A stretch of DNA of 64,000 bases from Eledone cirrhosa. Taxonomy: Eukaryota. The position numbers and the translations under genes were made by a program. Under the pieces are notes generated by a model, which saw only the letters and a program-made list of their open reading frames with translations, was not told the DNA's origin and searched no databases. Positions 13,440-26,544 of this stretch are shown here, piece by piece. The stretch covers positions 261,764,001 through 261,828,000 of the forward strand of contig OZ024741.1 of the NCBI GenBank assembly GCA_964016885.1, written 5' to 3'. How positions within the stretch are numbered: position 1 is the stretch's first letter; each line of letters starts with the position of its first letter.

Positions 13440-15426
13440 TGAATTTCATATTGTTTTGTGGTGAGAGAGGCGATAGTGCTCTGTATGTAATGACATGCTG
13501 TATTTATTTCAGAACATTAAGTTCAGAATTCAAATCACAGTAAGTAGAACTTCGATTCTTCCGGTAAACTTAGTATAAGTACTGACTTAGATATATTTAC
13601 ATTTCTTCTTCTTCTTTAGACCCGTAACTTATTGTAAAGTCTTGAGACTGCCGTCGTGACACAACAGACTTCATGAGAAGGAGAGATTGGTAGAGATGAA
13701 GTGAGAAAGAGTTATAGAGGATGTATTGGCCCCACTACTAGATTGATCGGATAGAATGTTTTACGGTATTTGTACCAGCTCTCTGAGTTCAAATTTTGCT
13801 GAAGTCAACATTGTCTTCCATCCTTTTGAGGTCGATAATTAAAGTGCAAGTCGAATACTGGTGTCAATGCTTCTTCTATATCTCTTTCTCACTTCCTTTC
13901 CTTCACTCTTTGTCTCCATTTATGGAATAAATCGGCTGTTTTTAGATCATGAAGGGATGTGGGTGCTGCCAAGTTAAATGTCCAGGAAACGCCGAATGTC
14001 AATATGGCGCGTTTATGACTCTATCAGAAGTTGTGGTTAAATAAATACTTAAATGATGGCTGCAAACTCTGCTAAGAGTATTGCAATCGCTTGTCAGATT
14101 ATGGAGTTTGGTGCACTTTTAGGCTACGGCCAGCCACACAAACCTGTAACATATCCTAAACAACCAATGCCTGTGCTTTGAAGGTTTTTTAAGTGGGGAA
14201 AGGCCTTGCACATCGACCAATCTCACTCTCTGAGCATTGAAAATACTACCCAAAAAGGAGAACTGGGCAACTTCATCAGATGCTTCCGAGGCCGCAGGTT
14301 TTTTTCAGAGTTCCCCTTTCCATGTATGTATGTACATACATGATGGCTGTCCCCTCGTTATCGAGTATGGCCATTGCACGATATACCATTATTAATAATT
14401 ATTAATTAATTCTATCGTGCAATGGCTGTGCGTGAAGATACTTTTTAAAGTGAGGAAAGCCTGTGCACTGAACCAATCCCACTCCCTGAACGACAGTAGC
14501 TATAACCCGAAAAGAAGAAAAGATCAACATCATTGGTAACTACTGAGCTGCAGGTTTTATATCGGAGTTATCCCAGTTTCCTGAGTTGCCTTCTCCTAGA
14601 AGAATGCCCTGACAAAGGCTAGGGATCCTTCACTCTCAGTGGTTTAACCGCGCGGTACATGTGTATATACATATTTACACACTTTGGGATGGCCGTTGAC
14701 TCTTATGAGTTCTTCTGCTCTTTGTCAGGTTTTGTTTTTTGCCCTGCAGGGTGTCCAAAATCACCCTCCTCACCAAGTAAACTTGGTGGGTTGCCGGTTT
14801 AGTCGACGACGAGCCGACCATGCGACAGGTTGTACTGGGTTACATTTTACCAGTAGCACTCAAGAGTGACCCGATATACATACATACATGATGTACATAC
14901 ATACATACATACATACATACATACATACATACATACATACATACATACATACATACATACATACATACATACATACATACATGTGTTTATATATATAGTA
15001 TTGTATGAATTATTGATTCGAATTATTCCCATGTCTCAATGAACGCAGTATTTTGGAAACGTTAAGAATCATGAAGTCCCGGATTCGGCCCCACTGCACC
15101 ATATCATGAGTGAGTGCTTTTACCACTATGGTTTGGACTGTATCTGTAATTAAAAAAGGGCCAGCATTAACACACACTGTGTTGACTCTCGCTGTCAACT
15201 GTCTTAGGCGTACATGTATCTGTAGAGTAATCCGCCATTCAAACGTTAATTTGAAGAGTAGGTCATTCCATTGTCCGATAAACATGCTTACTCATCGCTG
15301 AAACCAACAGAGGTTCAAATACACTAAAGGATATAATCTTATTGAACTCTAAGCCTAAATATCATACTTGTTCAAATTCAATGATTAGTTAGAAAAAGTT
15401 ACGATGATACAACACAAATCACATAC

Positions 15427-15520
15427 CAGTAACAAACTGTTGCCACCACTCCTATGATTAGGCAGATAAACAGGCCGAGTAGAATTAACCCAATCATCAG
15501 GATATTATTGGAAGGTTTTT
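15427..15520 (-). CDS. Receptor-type PTP transmembrane exon (K)KPSNNILMIGLILLGLFICLIIGVVATVCY(C)
   Basis: About 24 hydrophobic residues. Acceptor TTTTCTCTTTGAACAG, donor GTATGT; 94 nt, phase 1-2. Confidence 0.9.
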
Positions 15521-15549
15521 CTGTTCAAAGAGAAAATGTAAAATGTATT

Positions 15550-15630
<81 letters not shown>

Positions 15631-15635
<5 letters not shown>

Positions 15636-15899
15636 GTTATTAACAAATGGAACTATATTTATAAAACCATATCTATTTTATTATACATATTTCAAGGATA
15701 CCATGTTAAATTATGGTATGCTTTCATCAGACAAAATACAATATATACCAGTTTTATAAATAAATATTGACATAAAACTGGTATATATTGTATTTTGTCT
15801 GATGAAAGCATACCATAATTTAACATGGTATCCTTGAAATATGTATAACAAAATAGATATGGTTTTATAAATATAGTTTCCATTTGTTAATATCGTATA
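15631..15899. repeat. Near-perfect palindrome (MITE-like, ~127-bp arms)
   Basis: Arms ~15631-15757 and ~15772-15899, next to (TA)n. Confidence 0.85.
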
Positions 15900-16147
15900 T
15901 TTACTCCAAATACTTGTCGAGTGCTTTATATCAGTTATAAAAATATTTGCTTGTTGTATCCCAACAATTTAAATAGAACTTTTGCATATATATATATATA
16001 TATATGAAAAGTGTAAGTTTCTACACAAAACGAAGTTTATAGAGAAAATTGAGGTTGGTAATGGCACATGGAATATATAAGAAACAGAATACTTTTTTGT
16101 GAAAAAACATATAATTTTATAAGGTAAGGAAAGAATAAAGGGTATAA

Positions 16148-16195
16148 AAAATGACCGGTTTCGATGGGTCTGCAAAAGCCATCTTTTCAAATGTT
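16148..16195 (-). ncRNA. Hammerhead-like motif with U3:A8 core
   Basis: AACAT-TTGAAAA-GATGG(11 nt)CCATC-GAAA-CCGG-TC-ATTTT. Stems II and III canonical; stem I pairs at 4 of 5 positions. Confidence 0.6.
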
Positions 16196-16519
16196 GATTA
16201 ATATTAAGAAAAATTAATAATAAGAAGAGTTAAAATTTGAGATTTGAAAATTCAAGTATAAAATTCAGTGTGGGATTTCATAGTAGTTTTCATCTTGGTA
16301 ACAGCAAGTTGACTGCTGTGTGCCTTTCTGGTAGTGAATGAGGAGTTATTTGTGGGGAGTGGTTTTTTTAATTTTTTTTTTTTATAAAGGTCAGATTTAG
16401 CAATGGCCAGATGGCCAGCTGCTGGTCAGTGAGGGGTGGAAGCAATATACATACATATATCTCCCTGTGGTCGGTAGGAGAGGGGAGAGTGATAGAAAGG
16501 GATTTAGTGCACTTATACC

Positions 16520-16573
16520 TATATATACACACATACCCTCATCCACACACACATACATATACATATACATACA

Positions 16574-16607
<34 letters not shown>

Positions 16608-17020
16608 AATATACACACACATACATACACACACACATACATATACATACACACATACACACACACATATACACATACACACACATATATATATACACAC
16701 ACACACATATATATACATACACATACATACACACACACACACATACATACACACACACACATATATACATACACACATACAAACACACACACACACACAT
16801 ATATACACATACACACACATATATATATACACACACACACACACATATATATACACATACGCATACATCCAGATACACACATACATACACACACACACAC
16901 AGTACATACACATACATACATCCACATGCACACACATACACACACACACACATATACACATACATACACCCACACACATAGAGAAATGGCCTCCAAATAT
17001 ATATATATACATACACATAT
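16520..17020. repeat. Compound (CA/TA) microsatellite
   Basis: Source of the spurious YIHTH/VCVY ORFs. Similar tracts at ~14880, 18000-18390, 21240, 35460 and 41730. Confidence 0.9.
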
Positions 17021-17335
17021 ATTTTTTCCATAATATAAGAAGTTAGGACAGTGAAATACAAGTCATTCTGATCACATTGAGTTCTTCATGTAGATTGGGC
17101 CCCGCAACCGACAGTGGTGAATTCTGTGTGCGCATATATATATAGATATATGTGTGTGCACGTGCAGGGTTTAACATGGATGTGTTGGTCACACAAAGGC
17201 ATGGTCTGTCAACGAATAAACCTGATTCTACAGAATTGGTCTCTGGTCTTTAATATATATATATATATATATGTCTTTAATATATATATGTATATATGTG
17301 GGAAAAAGCAACAATGGTTTTTGAATACATATATT

Positions 17336-17464
17336 TATTGGCTGACAATTTGTTTCGGACACTAAACTATCAATATGTACGTTGAGGATATAAATACCGA
17401 TCAAAAATCAATATCTGTACAGTGAAAATAAATAGGTGATTTAGTGCCCTCATTAGAGCCAATA
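17336..17464 (-). ncRNA. Type I hammerhead ribozyme with G5A core mutation (probably inactive)
   Basis: TATTGGCT-CTAATGA-GGGCACTAAA...TTTAGTGTCC-GAAA-CAAATTG-TC-AGCCAATA. 8-bp stem I, 10-bp stem II, GUC site; the core reads CUAAUGA. Confidence 0.78.
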
Positions 17465-18629
17465 GAAAATATTAAAAGTTATTAATTCAAAAACGAAATC
17501 ATATGACCGAAGTGAAGATCGTACAGTAAAGGCAGTACTTGCCTTACTTATAATGCAGTGTATAGATGCACTGTTAAGACCTCTAATGACAATAACACTC
17601 ACATTGGAGCTACTGCTAACCTTTTCAAGACTCGTTTTAATTCTCATACACATTCATTTAGAAATAAATGAATGTGTATGAAAATTAAAACGAGTATTTG
17701 TATGAGAATTAGAAGCAGGATAAAACTAATTGTATCCCTCATGATATAATATTTCAACAGAGGACTGTGGAATGATAGGATTGACTGGTATGAAAGCTCA
17801 ACGTCGTTAAAATTAATGTGATGTAATAATTCTGGTAAAACAAATTAGGTAACATACGTAATATGCATAAAATCATGAAAGACCAATGGAAGAAACAAAC
17901 AATATAATAAGAACAACATATAAACCATTGAATGTCTTTCCTTCTTAAGTGAGTTATGTTCATCAACATTGAACGACAATAACTCAATTACACACATACA
18001 CACACACATATATATAAAGCTGCTCACCAAAATACTACTATGTCAATACAGATGTATATATATATCTACTATTACACATGTCTACACATACAAAAATGAA
18101 CACACACACACATATATATATACCCATACATACATACAAACATACGTGCACACACATACACACACACACAACTATATACATACACACACATATATTTATA
18201 TGTATATATACACATATATATACACACACACATAGATACAGATGCATACATACACACACACCACGTATATCTACGCACATATACCTACATATAAGTACAC
18301 ATACACATATATATATATACATAAACAAACATATATATACACACACACATGCACACACATACACACACACGTACATACACACACATACATATGCACTCTA
18401 CCGTCTCTCTGAGTATAATGTGGGTACTGCAAACATTCAAAACACAGGGTGCAAAATTGGGTGTAAAATGAGTAGAGTGAAATAAGGTAAAATAATATAA
18501 AGTAAAATAAAACATAAAAAGTACAATAAAATAAAATAAAATAGAATACAGTGAGGTAAAATAAAATACGGTATATGCAATGATGTGATGACACATTTTA
18601 AATAAATTACAGTATATGCAATGGTATGA

Positions 18630-19900
18630 CGTCACATTCTATATATTTGTGTCGATCCCCTTGTTGGGGTCCGTACCTCCACGGGGCTCAAGTTAAACCT
18701 ATCCGAGAATTCCAATGCAGAAAATGTGCAGTTTCGTTGATGCCTGCATTCCATGATGACCTCGGATTTTAGGTTAACTGCGTTACCCTTTAATCTTACT
18801 ATCTCCATGGCTTCAGTCAGGCACAGTCTGCATCGCATTTCACCAGCGGATTATGCATCTACACTCTGAATAATACTCCAGTTGAGTTTGTATGTTGTGT
18901 CACTAGCTTTCAAGTCCCAGATTAAGTCCGCCAGTCTAGTGGGGTGCCACTTTGTCCAGTACTTGAAAGAATTCGTGTGGTTGTACATCCTCGACTTAAA
19001 GGTCATGGATGTTGCACCGATGTAGATGCTTTTTTGCGTGTCAACCATACATTTATAGACAATGCCTTTCACTAGACAATTCCCCTGTAGTGGGCATTGC
19101 GTGCTAATGTGGCAGCTGCAAGTTCGTGTTTGATGTTGCTCATTATTTACGTAGGGATGTTACGGTGCGCACCCCACCTCCTCCATGGCGATCTGCAGGC
19201 GCGGTGGACTCTATTTTCGTGGTCGGCGTCGCCTGGCTGTCGAGTTCTCGGCTCACTGCGGGTCGATCGCCAGTGGGGTCCGTGCCGCAAGTGTTGGCCA
19301 TGTCCCTAAGTGCTCTCCTGACATTCCAGAAATATCACTCATCTGTTGTTGGCGACGTTCGAAGTTTATCATTTTCACTGAGCTAGTTTTGACTATATAG
19401 TTGCCCATGTTGGGAGCAGTGGAAAATGAGAACTTCACTGTATGGCGATCTAGCCTGTGGTATCTATGTGCCACCGGGAAACACTCGTCTAGTGCCCTAA
19501 AGAAAAGGCCGGGTATGTTGGTGCATTCGTGTTTCGAGTACGATGCATTGAACCACGCAATGTTTCCAGATCTGGTCCTATTTTGTCGTCTGTTTGTAGT
19601 TGGTATAGGGTCAAGTTGTTTCCCGTGTTGTGCTTATCTGCTATTTGCACCTCCATGTTTTCACTATTCCTAGATCTACCGTATACATCCGATTTAGTGT
19701 TCACTTTCTAAATTATGCTGCGTAGAGTTAATGACCCCATAGTCATTCTCATTACAACTGTCTGATTGCGCTTTGTTAGTGATCCATGTGGTCTCCCTAG
19801 GTAGTTCCACATTTTGTGTTGTCCTTACTCTATCACTATCGTCATTTCTCCCATCACGCGGTGTGCTGGTGTGGATGTACTGTTTTCGTGTTCTATGTAC
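18630..19900 (-). mobile_element. Penelope-like element fragment (GIY-YIG)
   Basis: GIVYKC...IYIGATSMTFKSRMYNH and CRLCLTE motifs. Interrupted on its 5' side by the hAT MITE. Confidence 0.8.
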
Positions 19901-19907
19901 CCTAGAA

Positions 19908-20839
19908 CAATGCTACTCAAATTGGTGGTCCGCGAACCGGTGCCGGTATGCGAGCCATCAGCTACCGGTACGCGGCCAGTGTCCAGGCCATGCTAAGGAA
20001 TCATTTGAGGAATTTATCTTATTACTTTTTTATATGTTTTGATATTGTATTATTTGTTTACAAAATAAATAGAAGATAAAAAAATGGTCAACTATTATTA
20101 TATTCATTACTAGCAGATTTACCCGGCGTTGCTCGGGAAATGAATGACAGCCTGTTTGTCCGTATAAAGAGAGCCAAAGGTTGAGCAAAGAATTTAAATG
20201 TAATTGTAAAAAAAAGTTTAACAAAATGGGTGTACAGTGACATGATTGAGTGAAATAAATGGCAACATAAAAACAATTCATGGGGTAGCTTGAGTTAATT
20301 GACGTGAATGATTTCAGGTCCGGTCTTGCTGTAGTAGGTATGAGTAAGGGATAAAGATGGAATAGACGCACCGTATGTCCTTCAGTAGACTAAACCCTAT
20401 GCGTAAGATGGCACTGCCACTACCACGTTGACCATCCACTGGACATAGAAATATCATTCCTTGAAGCAAATTGGCCTAGTACTTCAAAAGTTAAAAGGAG
20501 CCTAGTATTTGTACACAGACAGATACACACACAAAATCGATTTTTCGGCCCCAATATCGATTTTCTTCAAATTTATTTTTGGTCCAAAACCTGCTCTGGC
20601 ATATAAGCAATACGTGTGCCAAATTTGGTTGAAATCGGCCCAGTACTTCAAAAGTTAAAAGGAGCCTAGTATTTGTACACAGACAGACAGATACACACAC
20701 ACACAGACCGACTTGCTTTTATATATATAGATATATATCGTTTCCGTTATAAATTAATATTACTACGAAATATTAGCCGAACGTGGCACATTGAAAAAAA
20801 AATGCCGGTCCGCCACATCAGATAGTTTGAGAAGCACTG
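19908..20839. mobile_element. hAT-type MITE containing a nested Helitron-like element (20110-20731)
   Basis: TIRs CAATGCTACTCAAA / TTTGAGAAGCACTG; 8-bp TSD CCCTAGAA / CCCTAGAG. Confidence 0.75.
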
Positions 20840-21258
20840 CCCTAGAGTACCCCCGTGCTGGAATTTGTCTGACTGTCATGTTGATATCCCTGCCATTATC
20901 TATTTCCCTGGTCTTACTATTTCACGTTGGTTCGCGGTTATTGCGCCTGTCTCTATGTTATTGCTATCCGTGTAGCTTTGTTTCCCGCAGTTAGGCTCGT
21001 CCTTGCCCAGAGTATACACTATGACTTCTGTAACCGGCCCTAGCCAGTGCCTCATTATAATGATCTGATCGACGGAGAAACAGGAAATATGTTAATAAAT
21101 TGTGTTTTGATGCATTACTCATTCCTCCTTATCTATAATAATATACTCTGCTCTGCGCGAGCATTGAGTGCTCAAACCGCATTCCGCCTACGGACGCATT
21201 TAATTGCAACCCTACAACAACTATATATATATATGCAGAGAGAGAGAGAGAGAGAGAG

Positions 21259-21347
<89 letters not shown>

Positions 21348-22559
21348 TTTGTTGCTCCATGGCTACGTCAATGTTAAATGGATGGTAACATTTGAAACAT
21401 TGAAGGCAAAGACCTTGTTGGTCTATCATTTATTATTTATCTGGTCCTTATAATTCGGGAGTAAAATGCCTTCAATAGAATGTTAAAATAAGAATCTGGT
21501 TCAGAGCTTTGTTTGCGAGCCCTGGTCTATTTATAACTGATGGAAGAGAGGAGAGGATGACAGTGTATGTGAATTATCACGAATATAATGTTGTGTGTGT
21601 CAGCAAGTTTCTGTCAAATATTGTGTCTTGATGGTTTCATGTCAAATCTTTTAATGTCAAATGTTGTGTATTGAGTGGTAATCACTTGGATATATCAACT
21701 ATTCTCGATTGAGTTACGTATTCGGGTTATGTGTGCCTGGGTGGTTATGTCAAAATTTAAAGGTGTGTAAGTATAGTGTACTGTGTTATAATTTAATGTT
21801 GTTTTCTTGGTTAACTTTAGCTACGTGTAGTGATTCTTTGAATCTACGGTTGATTCTACTCCCTGGCTCTAGTAATAACTGTTATGTTTTGTTAATATTT
21901 TTGCATTTGTCTATGTAGAGATTTCATAGGCATACTATTTAATGCAGCACTATAAATTTTCCAGCATATGTATAAATATATTTAACATTGCAAGCATCGT
22001 AGTTTGTTCCTCCTAACATCAGAGATGTTGTTATAAAATTTAAGGACAAAATCTCAATTTATATACACCCCAACACCTTCCAACTCCCCTCTCAATCAAT
22101 TAACTTGCTTTTACCATTCACTATTTTCTTTCACCTCTTGTGTATATATATGCTTTAATCCTTTCAAATCTTCATCAACACTCCTTCACTCCCACTGTCA
22201 TTAACAACTCCCCCATCCAGACACACCAAAATCTCTTATATAGACAACACAGCCTCAGATCATCATCATCATCATCTTCATTTAACGTCCATCTTCCACG
22301 CTAGCATGGGCAGTTTGACAATTGCCACCGATGAATGCAAGAAAGTTAACCAGGAAAGTTAACCAGGAATCTTTCAAAAATCTCCCCACCGAAGTTAATA
22401 AAGAGCTTACTAGATCTACAAAATCAAATTGTAAAATTATAATATAAAATTAAATTGTTTTGAACTACAAGTGAAGTTATTCTTTTCCTTTTTTAAAATA
22501 TACCTAACTGTACCAAGGATTTCACACATTTTCCAATATTCTACCACTTTGTACAAGAC

Positions 22560-25300
22560 AGAATGGTTAACACTCGTTCAAAATCTGTTACTGAATCCCT
22601 CAAACCGGAGACAATATTACAGGAAATCTCCGAAAAACTCTCCATAATAATAAGTAAGTACGATTTTCTTACCAATGCCGTACAACAAATGGCACAACAA
22701 ACAGACAACAGCTATAGGGAAAAACTTGATTCCCTAATTGCAGACCACCAGAAACAAGCACAAATCTTCCCCTCTGAAACACGACCAGAATTCCATTGTT
22801 CATAATGCGTTCAAAGAATGGAATGAACTGGATCTGGAAAAAGAAGCTTTAAAAAAAGAAACCAAATGAAACATATTTGGACCCAATTACTAAGTGAAAG
22901 AAAACAGGCATAATGGAAAGCCTTGAGGAGTGAAAACCTAGCGGACACATACGAGATATGGCAAAATAAGGAATAAGACATCCTCCCGAGAAAAATCTCC
23001 AGAAACTTGAGACTGTAATCCCCCTTCTCCGTCTAAGAGGGCCAGAATTCAAAGAAATATTTGAAAAATGTGACACCATCATTCAAGAAGAAATAAACAA
23101 AAGAAGCAGCGGCAATGTGCGTGAAAAGCTCTTTGACCTATGGAAGACTGATACAACCAAAGAGGAATTGAAATCAAAGAAAATCTCGAAGTCAAGAATA
23201 CAATGGCTATAAGAATATGAAAAGAACTATGGGAAAGACCAAATGAAATCCAGAAAACAAGCACATAAGAAACCCTCTAAGTCGGGAAAATTCAAAAACA
23301 CAAAAAATGAAGAATTCTCACGCAATAAACAAACGCAATAAACAAACACCATCGGAGAATCCCAAACACACAATTATACAAAGACCAAATACTAAACCCC
23401 AGAACCAGATACAACTACTGTCAAAACCCCAAGAACAATTACAAGAGGCAAAATCAAAGACATATGAAGACCGAATGGGACAACAGAAGAACCAGACCCC
23501 CATATATCAACCAGCAAACAAGATTCTACCATTCCGAACGAAATGCCAGTATCAACATGAAATGCCAGTGAACAGAATATTTCAGCACAACAGAAACACC
23601 ACTATCTCAAATGAGAATTATTTTTTTAAGACAAGGCGCCTCCCACCAAATGAAGGAAACAAGAAAATACACCACCCTTCAAGTGGCACTTGACGAGAAA
23701 AAACCCAAAGGAACCAAAAATAATCAACACATTGGCCAAGAAATTAACACAACACGAAATAAAACTTTTTAGAAAGCAGATCAAGCCGACCTTATAAAAG
23801 ACACAGAAGATTATTGTCGAAAATTACGTCTAGGAGAATTCTTCCTGGAGGAACCACTAGCGAAAAACAAAAAAAGAACTTCAAACCCCCGTTAAATAGA
23901 GACAAACACCTGGAAGAATATATAACCTGCCTTTGACAATCGGTGCAGTCAAATATTGAAGAGACGTAACACAAACGCAACATTCCTACAGACCCACTGC
24001 TAGCACTAAACAAGCTACAAAAAGACTTCTCAACAATCATAAAAGAAGCTGACAAAGGTGGAGCAATTGTCATCATGGACAAAAACCACTACAAGGATAT
24101 GGTCCTAGAACAGTTGAAAGACGAGGGTTTTTACAGGAAAGTCAGCAAAAGTGAAGAAAGAAAATCGATAATTCAAGTAGGTAAACTCACGACAAAGTAC
24201 CAAAATAAGCTCTAAATGAAATCAATTACTTAACCAACTTCGAAATGAAAACCAGCAATTTTTATGGATTGCCGAAAGTTCACAAATCCAGAGAAATCCA
24301 AAACAACAGAAAATGCAAAAATACATCATACGTCAAAGTACCATGATCGACAGATTTAAAATTACGCCCAATTGTTCCTGGTCCAGCCTCAAACACACAA
24401 CGTCTAAGCAACCTATTTGACATCATACTGAAACCCTTATATAAAAAAGTGCCAAGCTTCATCAGAGATGATATGGAATTCCTGAACTATATCCCCCAGA
24501 AAGTACACCAAGAAACAATCTTAGTCAGCTTTGACATAACAAGCTTATATACTAACATCCCACACGGCTTAGGAATTGAAGAATATCTGGTGACCTCATC
24601 AATACGGCCATCTCCAAGGCCCAGAACATCCCAGTGACAACACTGAGAAAAACAAACCAACAAAATAGAAGGGAAAAAACAGTTATCCCTTTTGTCGTCA
24701 CTCACAACACAAGGAACTTCAACATTGTGAAAGCCGCTAAACAATATCTCCCGATTCTCCAGCAGTCCTCCAAAATTAATGCACTCATAAAAGACTTACA
24801 AATAATATATAGTAGACGCCAAACATCCAACCTAAACAAATTGAGTATCAAGGTGAAATTTGCATCTGACAATGAAACAATGCAAGTTAAGAAATATGGG
24901 GACTCTTGATGTGGAACTTGTGAATACATTGAAGAAGGTGGGAAAATCTTTAAAAACAATGAGATTTTCAAAGTTAATGTGAGCATGAATTACAAAACAA
25001 AAAACTTAATGTATTGTGCAGCCTGCCCACAATGTAAAGAATACTACATTGGCGAAACAGGAACGGGTTTACATGACAGAGTTCGTGTCCATAAACAACA
25101 AATTAGAGACCCCTCTGTCAGAAACACCACATGCAGTGAACACTTCGCATCATGCGGAAAGGGAAACTTCTCTAAGATATGGTCAGACAACGATCATTTC
25201 AAGAAATATAAAGAAGAATTATTCATTAGAAGGTACAAACTGCTACTGAACACACAAAATGATATTCCATCTTCCAACAATGGGATTGTCTTTTTTTTTA
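22560..25300 (+). mobile_element. Degenerate Penelope-like retroelement (RT + GIY-YIG)
   Basis: EADKGGAIVIMDK, FYGLPKVHK, VSFDITSLYTNIP, YYIGETG...RVRVHK; many stops and an internal deletion. Confidence 0.85.
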
Positions 25301-25528
25301 AATCGCATACTGAAAAGAGAAAAGATATCTAAATAGATGTGGCTAACAACCACACTTTCAAACGTTCGATCGTTGAAGAGAACAGCCCTCGGAGGTACAC
25401 TACTTGTATATGTATATGGGAACTTAAATACTTGAGTAGATACTCATACATATGTGTGTGTAGATGTATATGTATGCCTGTAGGTGTACAAGTATGCATA
25501 TGCATGTATGTATGTATGTATGCATGTA

Positions 25529-25595
<67 letters not shown>

Positions 25596-25689
25596 ATATA
25601 TGCACCCAGAGCTTACTTTGCCTCACTCGAGCAGGAAAAAGAATAAAGCAAAATGAAAAAAATACGCGAAAAATCGAGTCAAACTCAAC

Positions 25690-25790
25690 ACTTGTTGTTG
25701 GAACGTTAGGAGACTCCTGGGCAGAAACTCGTCTGGGCGTGCAGAACGTAGAACTGCACTTGATATGCAAGAATACTCAATGGGAATGTC
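25690..25790 (+). mobile_element. RTE-clade endonuclease N-terminal fragment
   Basis: Frame reads CWNVRRLLGRNSSGRAERRTAL, like the RTE WNVRTL...RPERRTAL motif. Confidence 0.55.
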
Positions 25791-26207
25791 ACAGTAAGTA
25801 CGGTGAAAGTATTTTCACGATGGAAGGTGACAATAAACCTAGCCCACTACTAAACTAACAAAAAAAATGGATTAGTTACATTAATATTTAATAATTGTTT
25901 CTACTTTTGGCACAAGGCCAGCAATTACCCAGTGTATTACTGGTACTTTATTTTATCGACCCCGTAAGGATGAAAGGCAAAGTTAACCTCGGCGGGATTA
26001 CATTAATAATTAATAATACATTAATAATTACATTAATAATTAATAATTGTTTCTACTTTAGGCACAAGGCCAGCAATTACCCAGTTCATTACTGGTACTT
26101 TATTTTATCGACCCCGTAAGGATGAAAGGCAAAGTCAACCTCGTTACATTAATAATTAATAATACATTGTAGTGAGAGAGACATGTGTGATTTTATAAGC
26201 AGCATAT

Positions 26208-26544
26208 GAAGGCCCCACTCGGTCACGAATGACCGTGGTTTTGCACCTAGAATGTTTCCCTCCGAGGCACAAGCCCGGACACGGTTTATTTTGTGGAAGA
26301 CCAGTAGTTGCCCATGCATACCAGTCTCCCTTCTCCATGCCACCGATGTTGTCCAAGGGAAAGACAATGACCGATACAGCTTAGCACCAGTGACGTCGCA
26401 ACTCATTTCTACAGCTGAGTAAACTGGAGCATCGTGAAATAAAGAGTCTTGCTCAAGGACACAACGCATCCCCCGGTCCGAGGATCGAATTCAGAACCTC
26501 CCAATTGCAAGCCCAATGCTCTAACCACTAAGCCATATGCCTTC
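26208..26544 (-). mobile_element. Second tRNA-derived SINE family (CORE-like domain)
   Basis: Minus-strand head TGGCTTAGTGGTTAG...GAATTCGATCC followed by TTGTGTCCTTGAGCAAGACTCTT. A related fragment lies at ~60800-60860. Confidence 0.7.

Noticed and set aside
17630-17695. 31-bp hairpin with GAAA loop as a functional RNA
   Set aside because: An AT-rich local inverted duplication with no further support.
16397-18635. Long ORFs rich in YI/HT/VC dipeptides (also at 7246, 35365, 37093, 41562)
   Set aside because: They are translations of (TA)n/(CA)n microsatellites.
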